DNA of 34,022 nucleotides from Gemmatimonadales bacterium (GTDB lineage: Bacteria > Gemmatimonadota > Gemmatimonadetes > Gemmatimonadales > GWC2-71-9): positions 1 through 34,022 of the forward strand of contig JBFJHJ010000032.1 of assembly GCA_041613315.1 (NCBI GenBank), in the 5' to 3' direction. Each line of letters starts with the position of its first letter. Position 1 is the stretch's first letter. The notes beneath the pieces were generated by a model, which saw nothing but the letters and a program-made list of their open reading frames with translations, was not told the DNA's origin and searched no databases. The translations under genes and the position numbers were made by a program. Shown in pieces: positions 17,923-27,634 of the stretch.

Positions 17923-18960
17923 TCAGGTGCTGAGCACCGTCCGGTACTTCTCTGGATCTTCGAGAATCCGACCCGTCCCGCGCACGACGCAGGTCAGTGG
18001 GTCCTCATCGACCCGAACCGGCAATGCGGTTTCCTGCGACAGCGCGACATCGAGCCCTCGGATGAGGGAGCCCCCGCCCGCCATCACGATGCCGCGGTCC
18101 ACGATATCGCTCGCCAGCTCCGGCGGCGTGATCTCCAGGGCCCGCCGGACGGCGTCGACGATCTGCTGGATCGGTTCCTGCATCGCCTCGCGGATCTCAC
18201 TCGAGTGGACGCGCACCACCTTCGGGATCCCCGACACCAAGTCCCGCCCCTTGGCCTCCATCTCGTTCTCGTCGCCCATCTGCACGGCGCTGCCGATCTG
18301 GATCTTGATCGCTTCCGCGGTCGGTTCGCCGATCAGCAGGTTGTAGTTCTTCCGCATGAACTGGACGATCGCCTGGTCCATCTCGTCCCCGCCGGTGCGG
18401 ATCGAGGTGTCGCTCACGATACCGGAGAGCGCGATCACGGCGATCTCGGTCGTGCCGCCGCCAATGTCGATCACCATGTTGCCCGTCGGTGTCTCGACCG
18501 GCAGCCCGACCCCGATCGCCGCGGCCATGGGCTCCGCCACCATGTACACCTCCTTGGCACCAGCCGAGTGCGCGCTGTCGCGGACGGCGCGCTTCTCCAC
18601 CTCGGTGATGCCGCTGGGAACGCACACGATCACGCGAGGCTTCACCCGGAAGACGTGCTTCTGAATGATCGACGACAAGAAGTATCGCAGCATCTTCTCG
18701 GTGACATCGAAGTCGGCGATCACACCGTCCTTGAGCGGCCGGACCGCCAGAATCCCGTCGGGCGTGCGTCCCAACATGCGCTTGGCCTCGAGCCCGATGC
18801 CCTTGACCTTCCCGCTGGCCTTCTCCACGGCGACCACCGACGGCTCGTTCAGCACGATCCCGGCCCCCCGCACGTAGATGAGCGTGTTGGACGTCCCGAG
18901 GTCGACGGCGATCTCGTTCGCGGGCAGGAAGTTGCCGAGGCTGAGCTTGGGCCAGCGCAT
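17923..18960 (-). CDS. mreB: Rod shape-determining actin homolog MreB
   Basis: DLGTSNT, EPSVVA, RPLKDGVIADF, EPMAAAIG, DIGGGTTE, PPELASDI, GGGSL. Confidence 0.98.
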   Translation of the reverse strand: MRWPKLSLGNFLPANEIAVDLGTSNTLIYVRGAGIVLNEPSVVAVEKASGKVKGIGLEAKRMLGRTPDGILAVRPLKDGVIADFDVTEKMLRYFLSSIIQKHVFRVKPRVIVCVPSGITEVEKRAVRDSAHSAGAKEVYMVAEPMAAAIGVGLPVETPTGNMVIDIGGGTTEIAVIALSGIVSDTSIRTGGDEMDQAIVQFMRKNYNLLIGEPTAEAIKIQIGSAVQMGDENEMEAKGRDLVSGIPKVVRVHSSEIREAMQEPIQQIVDAVRRALEITPPELASDIVDRGIVMAGGGSLIRGLDVALSQETALPVRVDEDPLTCVVRGTGRILEDPEKYRTVLST

Positions 18961-19026
18961 CAATGGTCGCGTTCGGGGTCAGGGGCAGGCATGGGCCTGA
19001 GGCGCCGAAACGGCGCAGAGCGTCGT

Positions 19027-19055
19027 AACATAATGGGCGACGTAAGTTCAGACAA
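19027..19055 (-). promoter_or_regulatory. Sigma70-type promoter of the mreB operon
   Basis: TTGTCT-N17-TATGTT in the ald-mreB spacer. Confidence 0.6.
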
Positions 19056-19102
19056 GAGCGCCACTTACCAGACCACCCACTCCGGCGGCGCCGTGCGCTC
19101 CG

Positions 19103-20215
19103 TCACAATGCCGTCGCCAGCTCCGTGAGGGGCAGGCCGAAGGCCTCGGCGACGCCCGGATAGACGACGTTCCCTTCGATGATGTTGAGGCCCAACGCCA
19201 GCGCGGGATCCGCGCGACAGGCCTCGCGCCAGCCGCGCGTCGCGAGACGCTTCGCATAGGCAAACGTGGCGTTGGTGAGGGCGAGCGTGGAGGTCCGGGG
19301 GACGCCACCCGGCATGTTGGCCACCGCGTAGTGCACCACCTCCTCCACGATGTACGTGGGGTGCTCGTGGGTCGTCGGCGTGATGGTCTCGATGCACCCG
19401 CCCTGGTCCACCGCGACATCGACGATCACCGCCCCCCGCTTCATGACGGTGAGATCCTGCCGCGTCACGAGCTTCGGCGCCTTGGCACCGGGCACCAGCA
19501 CGGCGCCGATCAACAGATCCGCCGTCCGGAGCAGCTCGAGCAAGTTGTGACGGTTCGAGTACACCAGGTCCACGTTTGCCGGCATCACGTCCGCAAGGTA
19601 GCGGAGCCGCTCCAGCGACAGGTCCAGCACCGTGACGTGGGCGCCCAATCCCGCGGCCATCTTCGCGGCGTTCGCCCCGACCACGCCACCGCCGATGATC
19701 ACCACTTCGGCCGGCACGACCCCGGGGACGCCTCCCAGCAGGATCCCGCGGCCGCCGTGGAAGGCCTCGAGGTACTTGGCGCCCTCCTGTACCGCCATGC
19801 GGCCCGCGACTTCGCTCATTGGCGTCAGGAGCGGCAATTCGCCCGATGGGAGCTGCACGGTCTCGTACGCGATCGCCACCACGCCCGAATCCATCACCCC
19901 CCGCGTGAGCTCTTCACTGGCCGCAAAGTGGAAGTAGGTGAATACCACCTGGCCCGACCGCATCTGGGGCCACTCGGCGGCAATGGGCTCCTTCACCTTC
20001 ATGATCATGTCGGCCTTACCCCACACGCCCTCTGCCTTCGCCACGATCGTGGCCCCCGCCGCGCGGTACAGGTCGTCGGGGAACCCGCTCCCCTCGCCGG
20101 CGCCGCGCTCGACCAGCACCGTGTGCCCGGCCTGCGTCAGCGCCTCCGCGCCCGCCGGGATCATGGCAATCCGGTGCTCGTTCGCTTTGATCTCCTTCGG
20201 GACGCCGATGATCAT
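19103..20215 (-). CDS. ald: Alanine dehydrogenase
   Basis: MIIGVPKEIK.NEHR, KVKEP, FTYFH, LPLLTPMSEVAGR, GGGVVG, DVAVDQGG, VANMPG, STLALTN. Confidence 0.97.
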   Translation of the reverse strand: MIIGVPKEIKANEHRIAMIPAGAEALTQAGHTVLVERGAGEGSGFPDDLYRAAGATIVAKAEGVWGKADMIMKVKEPIAAEWPQMRSGQVVFTYFHFAASEELTRGVMDSGVVAIAYETVQLPSGELPLLTPMSEVAGRMAVQEGAKYLEAFHGGRGILLGGVPGVVPAEVVIIGGGVVGANAAKMAAGLGAHVTVLDLSLERLRYLADVMPANVDLVYSNRHNLLELLRTADLLIGAVLVPGAKAPKLVTRQDLTVMKRGAVIVDVAVDQGGCIETITPTTHEHPTYIVEEVVHYAVANMPGGVPRTSTLALTNATFAYAKRLATRGWREACRADPALALGLNIIEGNVVYPGVAEAFGLPLTELATAL

Positions 20216-20317
20216 GTGGGTGTGCTCGTGCGGTGGAGGTGTGAGCGTCGACGGGTCGGGCATCGGGGGACGCCGTGCGGACGCCTCGTGCGCACCGGTG
20301 CCGGGGCAATCACGCCG

Positions 20318-21568
20318 TCAACTCGGTCCCAACCACACCTGCGTCTGGCGCGCCGGATCGAGGAACGTCCGGGCGACCTGGGCGACCGTGTCCGCGCTGA
20401 CGCCGTCGATTTCCGCCAACACCTGATCGATCGTCCGATAACGCTCGTCATAGAGCGCCACCGTCGCAAGGCGGTACATGCGGGCGGCCGGGCTCTCCAG
20501 CGAGAGCGTCACCTGGCCTTTCAGCTGCTGCTTCGCCTCGGCCAGGGAGGACCCCGTCAATCCGTCGCGGCTGAGCACGGCGAGCTCGTCGAGGATCGCG
20601 GCCACGGCCTGCTCCGCGCGCGAGGGGTGGGTTCCCACGTACACGCCGGTCACGCCCGTGTCGCGGTAGAACGACTGGTACGAGTAGACGGCGTAGGCGA
20701 GCCCCAGCTCTTCCCGCACGCGCTGAAAGAGGCGGCTCGACATGCCGGCGCCCAGAACGGTGTTGAGCAGCATCAACGCCAGACGGCGATCATCCACGTA
20801 CCCGAAGGTGTCGGTGCCGATCACCACGTGCGTCTGCGAAGTGTCGCGGGCCACGCGCTTGGCCGCTCGCACGGCGGCGGGCACCGGATGCACCGCCGGG
20901 GCCTCGGGCCCGGGCTCGAACGAGAACCACCCGCACTTGGCCAGCAGTTTGAGCAGGAGATCGTGGTTGAGGTTCCCCGCCGCCCCGATCACCACCTGCC
21001 GCGGGTGATAGCTGCGCGCGTGAAGCGCCCGCAGGTCGTCGGCGTCGATCCGGCTCACCGTGTCCCGGGTGCCGAGGATCGAATAGCCGTAGGGATGCTC
21101 CGGCCACATGGTCTCCGCATGCAGCTCGAAGACGAGGTCGTCCGGCGTGTCGTCGACGGTGCTGATCTCCTCGAGCACGACTTTCCGCTCGAGGTCCAGA
21201 TCGCTCTGGCGCAACACGGGATTGCGCACCAGGTCGGTGAGGACGTCGAGGGCGCGCGGGAGGTCCTCGTCCAGCACGCGCGCTTGGTAGGAGGTGTAGT
21301 CGCGAGAGGTGAAGGCGTCGAGGGCGCCACCGCGCACCTCGAGCTCCAGCGCGATATCCCGGGCGCTGCGGCGCTCGGTGCCCTTGAAGACCATGTGCTC
21401 GAGGAGATGCGACACGCCCATCTTCGCCCGCTCCTCGTGCACCGACGCCATCCTCACCCAAATGCCCGCAGCGACGGACCGGACCCCCGGAAGCACTTCC
21501 GACAGCACCGTCACGCCGTTGCCGGCGGCCGTTCGGTAGAGCCGTTCGTCGAGCCTGACCGTGTCCAT
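20318..21568 (-). CDS. M16 (pitrilysin/inverzincin) zinc peptidase
   Basis: HxxEH (SHLLEHMVFKGT), ERKVVLEEI, GAGMSSRLFQRVRE.LGLAY; lies downstream of pnp. Confidence 0.93.
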   Translation of the reverse strand: MDTVRLDERLYRTAAGNGVTVLSEVLPGVRSVAAGIWVRMASVHEERAKMGVSHLLEHMVFKGTERRSARDIALELEVRGGALDAFTSRDYTSYQARVLDEDLPRALDVLTDLVRNPVLRQSDLDLERKVVLEEISTVDDTPDDLVFELHAETMWPEHPYGYSILGTRDTVSRIDADDLRALHARSYHPRQVVIGAAGNLNHDLLLKLLAKCGWFSFEPGPEAPAVHPVPAAVRAAKRVARDTSQTHVVIGTDTFGYVDDRRLALMLLNTVLGAGMSSRLFQRVREELGLAYAVYSYQSFYRDTGVTGVYVGTHPSRAEQAVAAILDELAVLSRDGLTGSSLAEAKQQLKGQVTLSLESPAARMYRLATVALYDERYRTIDQVLAEIDGVSADTVAQVARTFLDPARQTQVWLGPS

Positions 21569-21576
21569 CAGACGGT

Positions 21577-23676
21577 CTAGGTCTTGACCACTTCGCTCTC
21601 GTCCAGCAGCGCCTTACGGGACAACCGCATCTTGCCGCGCTCGTCGACTTCCAAGAGCTTCACGCGCACCGTGTCGCCTTTCTTGACGACGTCCTCGGTC
21701 TTGCGCGTGCGGCCGTGCTGCAGCTCGGAGATGTGAAGCAGGCCTACCCGACCGGGTAGGATCTCGACGAACGCGCCGAACGCGGTCGTGCTCTTGACGG
21801 TCCCCTCGTAGACCCGGCCCACCTCGGGCTCCTCCACCATGCTCTCGATGATGGCGCGCGCGCGCTCCGCGCCCACGCCGCCGGGTGACGAGACGGTGAT
21901 CAGCCCCGAATCGTCGACGTTGATCTCGGCGCCCGTCTGTTCTTGCAAGCCGCGGATCGTCTTTCCTTTCGGGCCGATGATATCGCCGATCCGCTCCGGA
22001 TTGATCTGGATGGTGAGGATCCGGGGAGCGTACTGCGACATCTGCTGTCGCGGGCCGCCGAGCGTCTGGTTCATGACGTCGAGGATGTGGAGCCGCGCCG
22101 TCCGGGCTTTCTCCAGCGCCGTGCGCATGATCTCCACCGACATTTGCGCGATCTTGATGTCCATCTGGATCGCGGTGACGCCCCGGGAGGTACCGGCCAC
22201 TTTGAAGTCCATGTCGCCAAGGTGATCCTCACTCCCGAGAATATCCGTCATGATGGCCACCCGACTCCCCTCCGCGATGAGCCCCATCGCGACGCCGGCG
22301 CACGCCGCCTTCATCGGCACGGCGGCGTCCATGAGCGCCAAAGACCCGCCACACACCGTCGCCATCGACGAGGAGCCGTTGGACTCGAGAATATCGGAGA
22401 CCACACGGATGGTATAGGGGAAGTCTTCGTACGGCGGCAACAACGCCTGTAGCGCGCGTTCCGCGAGGTTACCGTGCCCGATCTCGCGGCGCGAGACGCC
22501 CCGGACGGGCCGCACCTCCCCCACGGAAAACGGCGGGAAGTTGTAGTGCAGCATGAAGCTCTTCGTCGTCTCCTGCAGCACGTCGATCGAATCGATGCGC
22601 TGCTCGTCGGAGACCGTCCCGAGGGTCGTGCTCACCAGCGCCTGGGTCTCACCCCGCGTGAACAGGGCCGAACCATGAGCCCGAGGCAACACTCCCGTTT
22701 CACAGGTGACGGACCGCACGGCGTCGAGGTCGCGGCCGTCCACGCGCTCCCCGTCCCGCAGCACCTGCTCTCGCATGGCGGCGTATTCGATCTCCTCGAG
22801 CTCGGCTTTCACGTCGGACCCGTGGTCGGGGAACGCCTCCGTAAGCGCTGCCGCGACGTCGTCCCGCACGGCCCGCATGGCCGCGGCGCGTTCCTGCTTG
22901 TTCCCGCCGGTCAGCGCCTGGCGGATACGCTCGGTGGCGACGGTGCGGACGCGCTCCACCAGCTCCGCCGGTCGTTCCGGGGCCACCCACGGCATCTTGG
23001 GCCGCGCCGCCCCGTCGAGGATGTGCCGCTGCATCGCGACCAACTCGGCGATGCCCTGCTGCGCGAACACCAGCGCCTCGACGAGCTCCTCTTCCGCGAC
23101 TTCCAGCGCGCCGCCCTCGACCATCACGAGCGCGTCGGCATGGCCCGATACCACGAGATCCACGTCGCTGTACTCGAGCTGCTGGAACGTGGGATTCAGC
23201 ACCCACTCGCCATCCACCCGACCCACACGCACCCCACCGATCGGCCCCTTCCACGGCGCGGGCGACAGCGCCAGCGCTAGCGACGCCGCCGTGAGGCCAA
23301 GCACGTCTGCGTCGTTCTCCTGATCGGCGGAGAGCACGTAGACGTACACCTGGACCTCGTTCCGGAAGCCTTCGGGGAACAGCGGCCGCAACGAGCGGTC
23401 AATCAGCCGCGCCGCGAGAATCTCGTCTTCCGCCGGCCGACCTTCGCGCTTGAAGAAGCCGCCGGGAATCTTGCCCGCGGCGTAGCTCTTCTCACGGTAT
23501 TCGACGAGCAGAGGGAAGAAGGGGAGAGAGGTTTCCTTGTCCGAGATCGTGACCGCCGCCAGCACCATCGTGTCGCCGAATTGCGCGAGCACGCTGCCCG
23601 CCGCCTGTTTCGCGAGCCGTCCGGTCTCAAGCCGATAGGAGCGGCCGGCGAACGACCGTTCTACTTCGTGTACCAT
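21577..23676 (-). CDS. pnp: Polyribonucleotide nucleotidyltransferase
   Basis: [64 protein letters not shown] and S1 domains. Confidence 0.98.
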   Translation of the reverse strand: MVHEVERSFAGRSYRLETGRLAKQAAGSVLAQFGDTMVLAAVTISDKETSLPFFPLLVEYREKSYAAGKIPGGFFKREGRPAEDEILAARLIDRSLRPLFPEGFRNEVQVYVYVLSADQENDADVLGLTAASLALALSPAPWKGPIGGVRVGRVDGEWVLNPTFQQLEYSDVDLVVSGHADALVMVEGGALEVAEEELVEALVFAQQGIAELVAMQRHILDGAARPKMPWVAPERPAELVERVRTVATERIRQALTGGNKQERAAAMRAVRDDVAAALTEAFPDHGSDVKAELEEIEYAAMREQVLRDGERVDGRDLDAVRSVTCETGVLPRAHGSALFTRGETQALVSTTLGTVSDEQRIDSIDVLQETTKSFMLHYNFPPFSVGEVRPVRGVSRREIGHGNLAERALQALLPPYEDFPYTIRVVSDILESNGSSSMATVCGGSLALMDAAVPMKAACAGVAMGLIAEGSRVAIMTDILGSEDHLGDMDFKVAGTSRGVTAIQMDIKIAQMSVEIMRTALEKARTARLHILDVMNQTLGGPRQQMSQYAPRILTIQINPERIGDIIGPKGKTIRGLQEQTGAEINVDDSGLITVSSPGGVGAERARAIIESMVEEPEVGRVYEGTVKSTTAFGAFVEILPGRVGLLHISELQHGRTRKTEDVVKKGDTVRVKLLEVDERGKMRLSRKALLDESEVVKT

Positions 23677-23708
23677 GTTCGTCCTTGCTGAGCATCTGAG
23701 AATGAGCT

Positions 23709-23740
23709 AAGGCGCCCGGGGTGCTCCTCCCGGACGCCTC
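23709..23740 (-). terminator. rpsO-pnp intergenic hairpin (terminator or processing/stabilising stem)
   Basis: GAGGCGTCCGGG-AGGAGCAC-CCCGGGCGCCTT: 12-bp stem with G-U pairs and no strong U-tract. Confidence 0.45.
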
Positions 23741-23757
23741 GGACCCGCGCGCGCTGT

Positions 23758-24018
23758 CTAATGGCGGAGGCCCAGCTCATCAATGAGCTGACGGTAGCCC
23801 TCGAGGTCGGTCCGCTTCATGTACCCGAGCAGGCGGCGGCGCTTGCTGACCATCATCAGCAGCCCGCGCCGCCCGTGGTGATCCTTCTGATGCGTCCGAA
23901 AGTGGTCCGTGAGCCCGTTGATCCGCTCGGTCAGGAGGGCGATCTGCACGCGGGGTGACCCCGTATCGGTCTCGTGCACGGCGTACTTCCGGACCGCCGC
24001 TTGCTTGTCAAAGGCCAT
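23758..24018 (-). CDS. rpsO: 30S ribosomal protein S15
   Basis: [27 protein letters not shown]; 86 aa; GGAGG upstream. Confidence 0.98.
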   Translation of the reverse strand: MAFDKQAAVRKYAVHETDTGSPRVQIALLTERINGLTDHFRTHQKDHHGRRGLLMMVSKRRRLLGYMKRTDLEGYRQLIDELGLRH

Positions 24019-24085
24019 CGAACGTGTATCCTCCAAGTGCGCGGGGCTTGGACTGCCGAAAGCCCGTATTCTTATCGAACACGGC

Positions 24086-24114
24086 AATTTAGCCGGCCCC
24101 CAAACCTCTGTAAA
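24086..24114 (-). promoter_or_regulatory. Sigma70-type promoter for rpsO-pnp
   Basis: TTTACA-N17-TAAATT. Confidence 0.65.
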
Positions 24115-24122
24115 GGCCGCTC

Positions 24123-25058
24123 GTGTCCCTGGACCCTACCGCCCTCCTGGGCCGCGACATCGGCCCGTATACGCTGGAGCGCGTGCTGGGCCAGGGCGGC
24201 TTCGCCTGGGTCTTCGCCGCCCGCGGCGCCGACGGCCACCCCACCGCCGTCAAGCTGCTCAAGCCGCTGTACTCGGTCGATCCCGAGTTCACCCGCCGCT
24301 TTCTCCACGAGGCCACCGTCGCCGCCGCGCTGCATCACCCCAACATCGTCGAGATCGGCGAGGTGGGAGCGGCCGACGGCTTCGCGTACTTCAGCATGGC
24401 GATCTACCCCGGCTCCCTGCGCACCCTGCTCGACCGGGAGGGCCCGCTGCCCGAGCCGCGACTCCACCGGCTGGCCGCCGAGTTGGCCGCCGCGCTCACG
24501 TACGCCCACGCCCAGGGGATCATCCACCGCGACGTGAAGGTGGACAACGTGCTCCTCGCCGCCGACGGCCGCGCCGTGCTCACCGACTTCGGCATCGCCC
24601 GGGGGATCGCCGGCCACGTCACCGCGACGGGGCCCGACGTCACCTTCGGTACCCCCTATTACATCTCACCGGAGCAGGCCCAGGGGCGCCCGGTCGACGA
24701 GCGGAGCGATCTCTATGCGCTGGGAGTCACGCTCTATCGGGCCGCCACCGGCGACATGCCGTTTCGGTCGAGCGATTGGTTCGAGCTGGCGCGGATGCAC
24801 GTGGAACAGCGGCCGGCGAAGCCTCGCGCCCACCGCCGTGAGCTGTCGGGTCGGTTCGAGCAGATCATCCTGCGCTGCCTGGCCAAGCGGCCCGGCGATC
24901 GCTACCCCTCCGCCGCAGCGCTCGTGGCCGAGATCGAGCGTGCCGCCACGGGTGAGCCCGACGCGCACGCGTCGGCCCGCCGACGCCGCCACTGGGCCCT
25001 GCTCGTCGTGGCGGTGGTGGTACTCGGTGTCCTCGTGGCGCTTGTCATGCTGCGATAG
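24123..25058 (+). CDS. Hanks-type Ser/Thr protein kinase with C-terminal membrane anchor
   Basis: [45 protein letters not shown]; ends RRRRHW plus ~18 hydrophobic residues. Confidence 0.93.
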   Translation: MSLDPTALLGRDIGPYTLERVLGQGGFAWVFAARGADGHPTAVKLLKPLYSVDPEFTRRFLHEATVAAALHHPNIVEIGEVGAADGFAYFSMAIYPGSLRTLLDREGPLPEPRLHRLAAELAAALTYAHAQGIIHRDVKVDNVLLAADGRAVLTDFGIARGIAGHVTATGPDVTFGTPYYISPEQAQGRPVDERSDLYALGVTLYRAATGDMPFRSSDWFELARMHVEQRPAKPRAHRRELSGRFEQIILRCLAKRPGDRYPSAAALVAEIERAATGEPDAHASARRRRHWALLVVAVVVLGVLVALVMLR

Positions 25059-25142
25059 GAGACCAGCGGCAGGCATTGCCGACGGTCGGGGTCCGTCGAG
25101 GGCGGTGGCGCCGCCCCACCCGCTGCTGAGCCCCGAGGTCCG

Positions 25143-26504
25143 CTACCCGCCGAACACCCGCAGGATGTCGTTCGTGAACACGAGCACCACGAGACCCAGC
25201 AGCAACACCATCCCGAACTGGGTGAGACGGAGGCGCGTCTGGAGGGGAAGCGGCCGACCGCGCACGCCTTCGGCGAGCAGGAACACGAGCTGCCCACCGT
25301 CGAGTACCGGGATCGGCAGGAGGTTGAGCACCGCCAGGTTGACCGAGAGAAAGGCCATGAACGTGAGGAGCGGCACCAACCCCAGCCGTGCGAACTGACC
25401 GGAGATCTGCCCGATGAGGATCGGCCCCCCCAGCTCCCGGGGCGAGATCTGACGGAGAATCATGCCCTTGATCGTGAACAGCACCAAGCGCACGTCATGG
25501 AGCACGCGCCGCCCGCCCTCCACCACCGCCGCCCCCGGACCGAAGCGCACGCGTTCGATGCCGATCTGGGGTTGGCCGATCCCCAGCCGGGCCACGGTGC
25601 GCACGGTGCCGGTCAGAGGGTCCGTATCGCTGACGGCGATCGGCGCGACCGCGACGTCGAACGTCGAGTCGCCCCGCTGCACCCGCAGCGTTAGGGTGTC
25701 GCCTGCGCGCGGCTCCACGCGCTGCGGGATCTCGTACCAACTGCGCACGGTGTCGCCGTCCACGGCGAGCAACACGTCGCCGGCCGCGATGCCGGCCTGG
25801 GCGGCCGGTCCCTGCACCGACCCCGCGCGGGCCTCCCAGAACGGTCGCACCGCCATCGCGAGTCCGCCGCGGGTGCGAAGGTCGGTGCCCGGCACGGGGA
25901 CGACCACAGGTGCCACGTTTCCGGCGAACTCGAAGCGGAGGAGCGCCGTCGTCGGGTCCAACAACGCCTGCTGGATGTCGTTCCACGACCGGACGCTGTC
26001 GCCGTTGATCGCCACGACCCGGGCGCCCGCCGGCACCCGGCCGAGGGGCCGCGCCACCTCCGGCAGGGCCATGGAATCCACGACCGCGACGCGGGTCGTC
26101 GGATCCACCGCCTTCCCCACGACGGCAACGAGCCCGGCATAGGCGCCCCAGGCGAAGAGCGCGTTCATGACGACCCCGGCGAGAATGACGACCATGCGGG
26201 CGCCGAGGGACTTACTCTCGAACAACTTGTCGGGAGGGAACTCCTCTGTGGGGCCGCCCTCGACGGTGGCCATCGCCTCCTGTTCTTCGCGGCTCGCCAT
26301 CTTCACATAGCCGCCGAGCGGGAACCACGCGACGACGTACTCCGTCTCGCCGCGGCGGAACCGGAGCGGCGTCGCGGGGCCGAACCCGATGGAGAACCGC
26401 GGCACGCCGATCCCCACGGCCTTCGCCGCCACGAAGTGCCCGAGCTCGTGCACGAAGATGAGCACGCCGAGCACCACGACGGCCGTGCCGATGGTCAGGA
26501 GCAT
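25143..26504 (-). CDS. rseP: RIP metalloprotease RseP (M50) with PDZ domains
   Basis: HELGH, FSIGFG, PLGGYVKM, NLLPIPVLDGG; follows dxr. Confidence 0.95.
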   Translation of the reverse strand: MLLTIGTAVVVLGVLIFVHELGHFVAAKAVGIGVPRFSIGFGPATPLRFRRGETEYVVAWFPLGGYVKMASREEQEAMATVEGGPTEEFPPDKLFESKSLGARMVVILAGVVMNALFAWGAYAGLVAVVGKAVDPTTRVAVVDSMALPEVARPLGRVPAGARVVAINGDSVRSWNDIQQALLDPTTALLRFEFAGNVAPVVVPVPGTDLRTRGGLAMAVRPFWEARAGSVQGPAAQAGIAAGDVLLAVDGDTVRSWYEIPQRVEPRAGDTLTLRVQRGDSTFDVAVAPIAVSDTDPLTGTVRTVARLGIGQPQIGIERVRFGPGAAVVEGGRRVLHDVRLVLFTIKGMILRQISPRELGGPILIGQISGQFARLGLVPLLTFMAFLSVNLAVLNLLPIPVLDGGQLVFLLAEGVRGRPLPLQTRLRLTQFGMVLLLGLVVLVFTNDILRVFGG

Positions 26505-27634
26505 ACGGCCTCGGCCTCGGCGCGCGCCCAGCGATCGGCCGCCAGGACGGTCTCGAGCGATGACGCGGGTCCGCTCTGGTGCCGCCGCAGCACCGCGGCG
26601 ATCACCTCTGCGATCTGACCGAAGGCGATGCGACCGTCGAGAAACGCCTGCACCGCGACCTCGTTCGCGGCATTGAAAACGGCCGGCGCCGTCCCACCGG
26701 TGCGGCCCGCCTCGACGCCCAGACGAAACGCCGGGAAATCGTCGTGTCGCAACGGCTCGAAGGTGAGCGCCCCCGCCGCTACGGGGTCGAACGCCGTGGT
26801 GGCGCTGTCGGCCACGCGTTCCGGATGTGTGAGGGCGTACAGAATAGGCAGCTCCATGGTGGGAACGCCGACCTGCGCCAGCACCGAGCCGTCGACGAAC
26901 TCGGTGAACGCGTGCACGATGGATTGCGGATGCACGACCACGTCGATCGCGTCATACCCCAACCCGAACAGATGGTGCGCCTCGATCACCTCCAGCGCCT
27001 TGTTCGCCAGCGTCGCGCTGTCCACCGTGATCTTGGGTCCCATGTTCCAGGTGGGGTGCTGCAGCGCCTCGTCGACGGTCGCCGTCCGCAGCCGGGCCAC
27101 GGGCCAGTCGCGGAACGGCCCGCCGGAGGCGGTGAGGATGAGTCGCCGCAGCTCCACCGGCCGTCGCCCCGTGAGGCATTGGAGCACCGCGCTGTGCTCC
27201 GAGTCGACCGGCACGATCTCGCCGCTGCCTTCCGCCGCGGCGGCGCGCACCAGTTCGCCGGCCATGACGAGCGTCTCCTTGTTGGCCAGCGCGACCCGCT
27301 TCCCGGCACGGAGCGCGGCGAGGGTCGCTTCCAACCCCGCGGCGCCCACGACGGCGTTCACGACGATCGCCGCCTCGGGGTGCGTGGCCGCCGCGATCAG
27401 GCAGCCCGGACCGCTGCCCACCTCGATGCCGGCGGCCGCCACGGCCGCACCACCCCCGTTCACGAGCCCCACATAGCGCGGGCGGCACGCCTGCGCCTGC
27501 GCCTGCACGAGCTCGGCGGACCCGTAGGCGGTGAGCGCGACCACATGATAGCGCGACGCCTGGCGAGCCAGCACGCGCAGCGTGCTGGTCCCGATCGAGC
27601 CGGTGGACCCCAGGATCGCCACGCCGATGCTCAT
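26495..27634 (-). CDS. dxr: 1-deoxy-D-xylulose 5-phosphate reductoisomerase
   Basis: LGSTGSIG, LANKE, PVDSEH, TASGGPF, HPTWNMGPKITVDSAT, NAANE; ATGA overlap with cdsA. Confidence 0.97.
   Translation of the reverse strand: MSIGVAILGSTGSIGTSTLRVLARQASRYHVVALTAYGSAELVQAQAQACRPRYVGLVNGGGAAVAAAGIEVGSGPGCLIAAATHPEAAIVVNAVVGAAGLEATLAALRAGKRVALANKETLVMAGELVRAAAAEGSGEIVPVDSEHSAVLQCLTGRRPVELRRLILTASGGPFRDWPVARLRTATVDEALQHPTWNMGPKITVDSATLANKALEVIEAHHLFGLGYDAIDVVVHPQSIVHAFTEFVDGSVLAQVGVPTMELPILYALTHPERVADSATTAFDPVAAGALTFEPLRHDDFPAFRLGVEAGRTGGTAPAVFNAANEVAVQAFLDGRIAFGQIAEVIAAVLRRHQSGPASSLETVLAADRWARAEAEAVCS

Noticed and set aside
20216..20317. Short repeats (GCACGAGGCGTCC/GCACGGCGTCC) and palindrome GCACCGGTGC upstream of ald
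   Set aside because: Too short and GC-rich to distinguish from chance; no recognisable operator.
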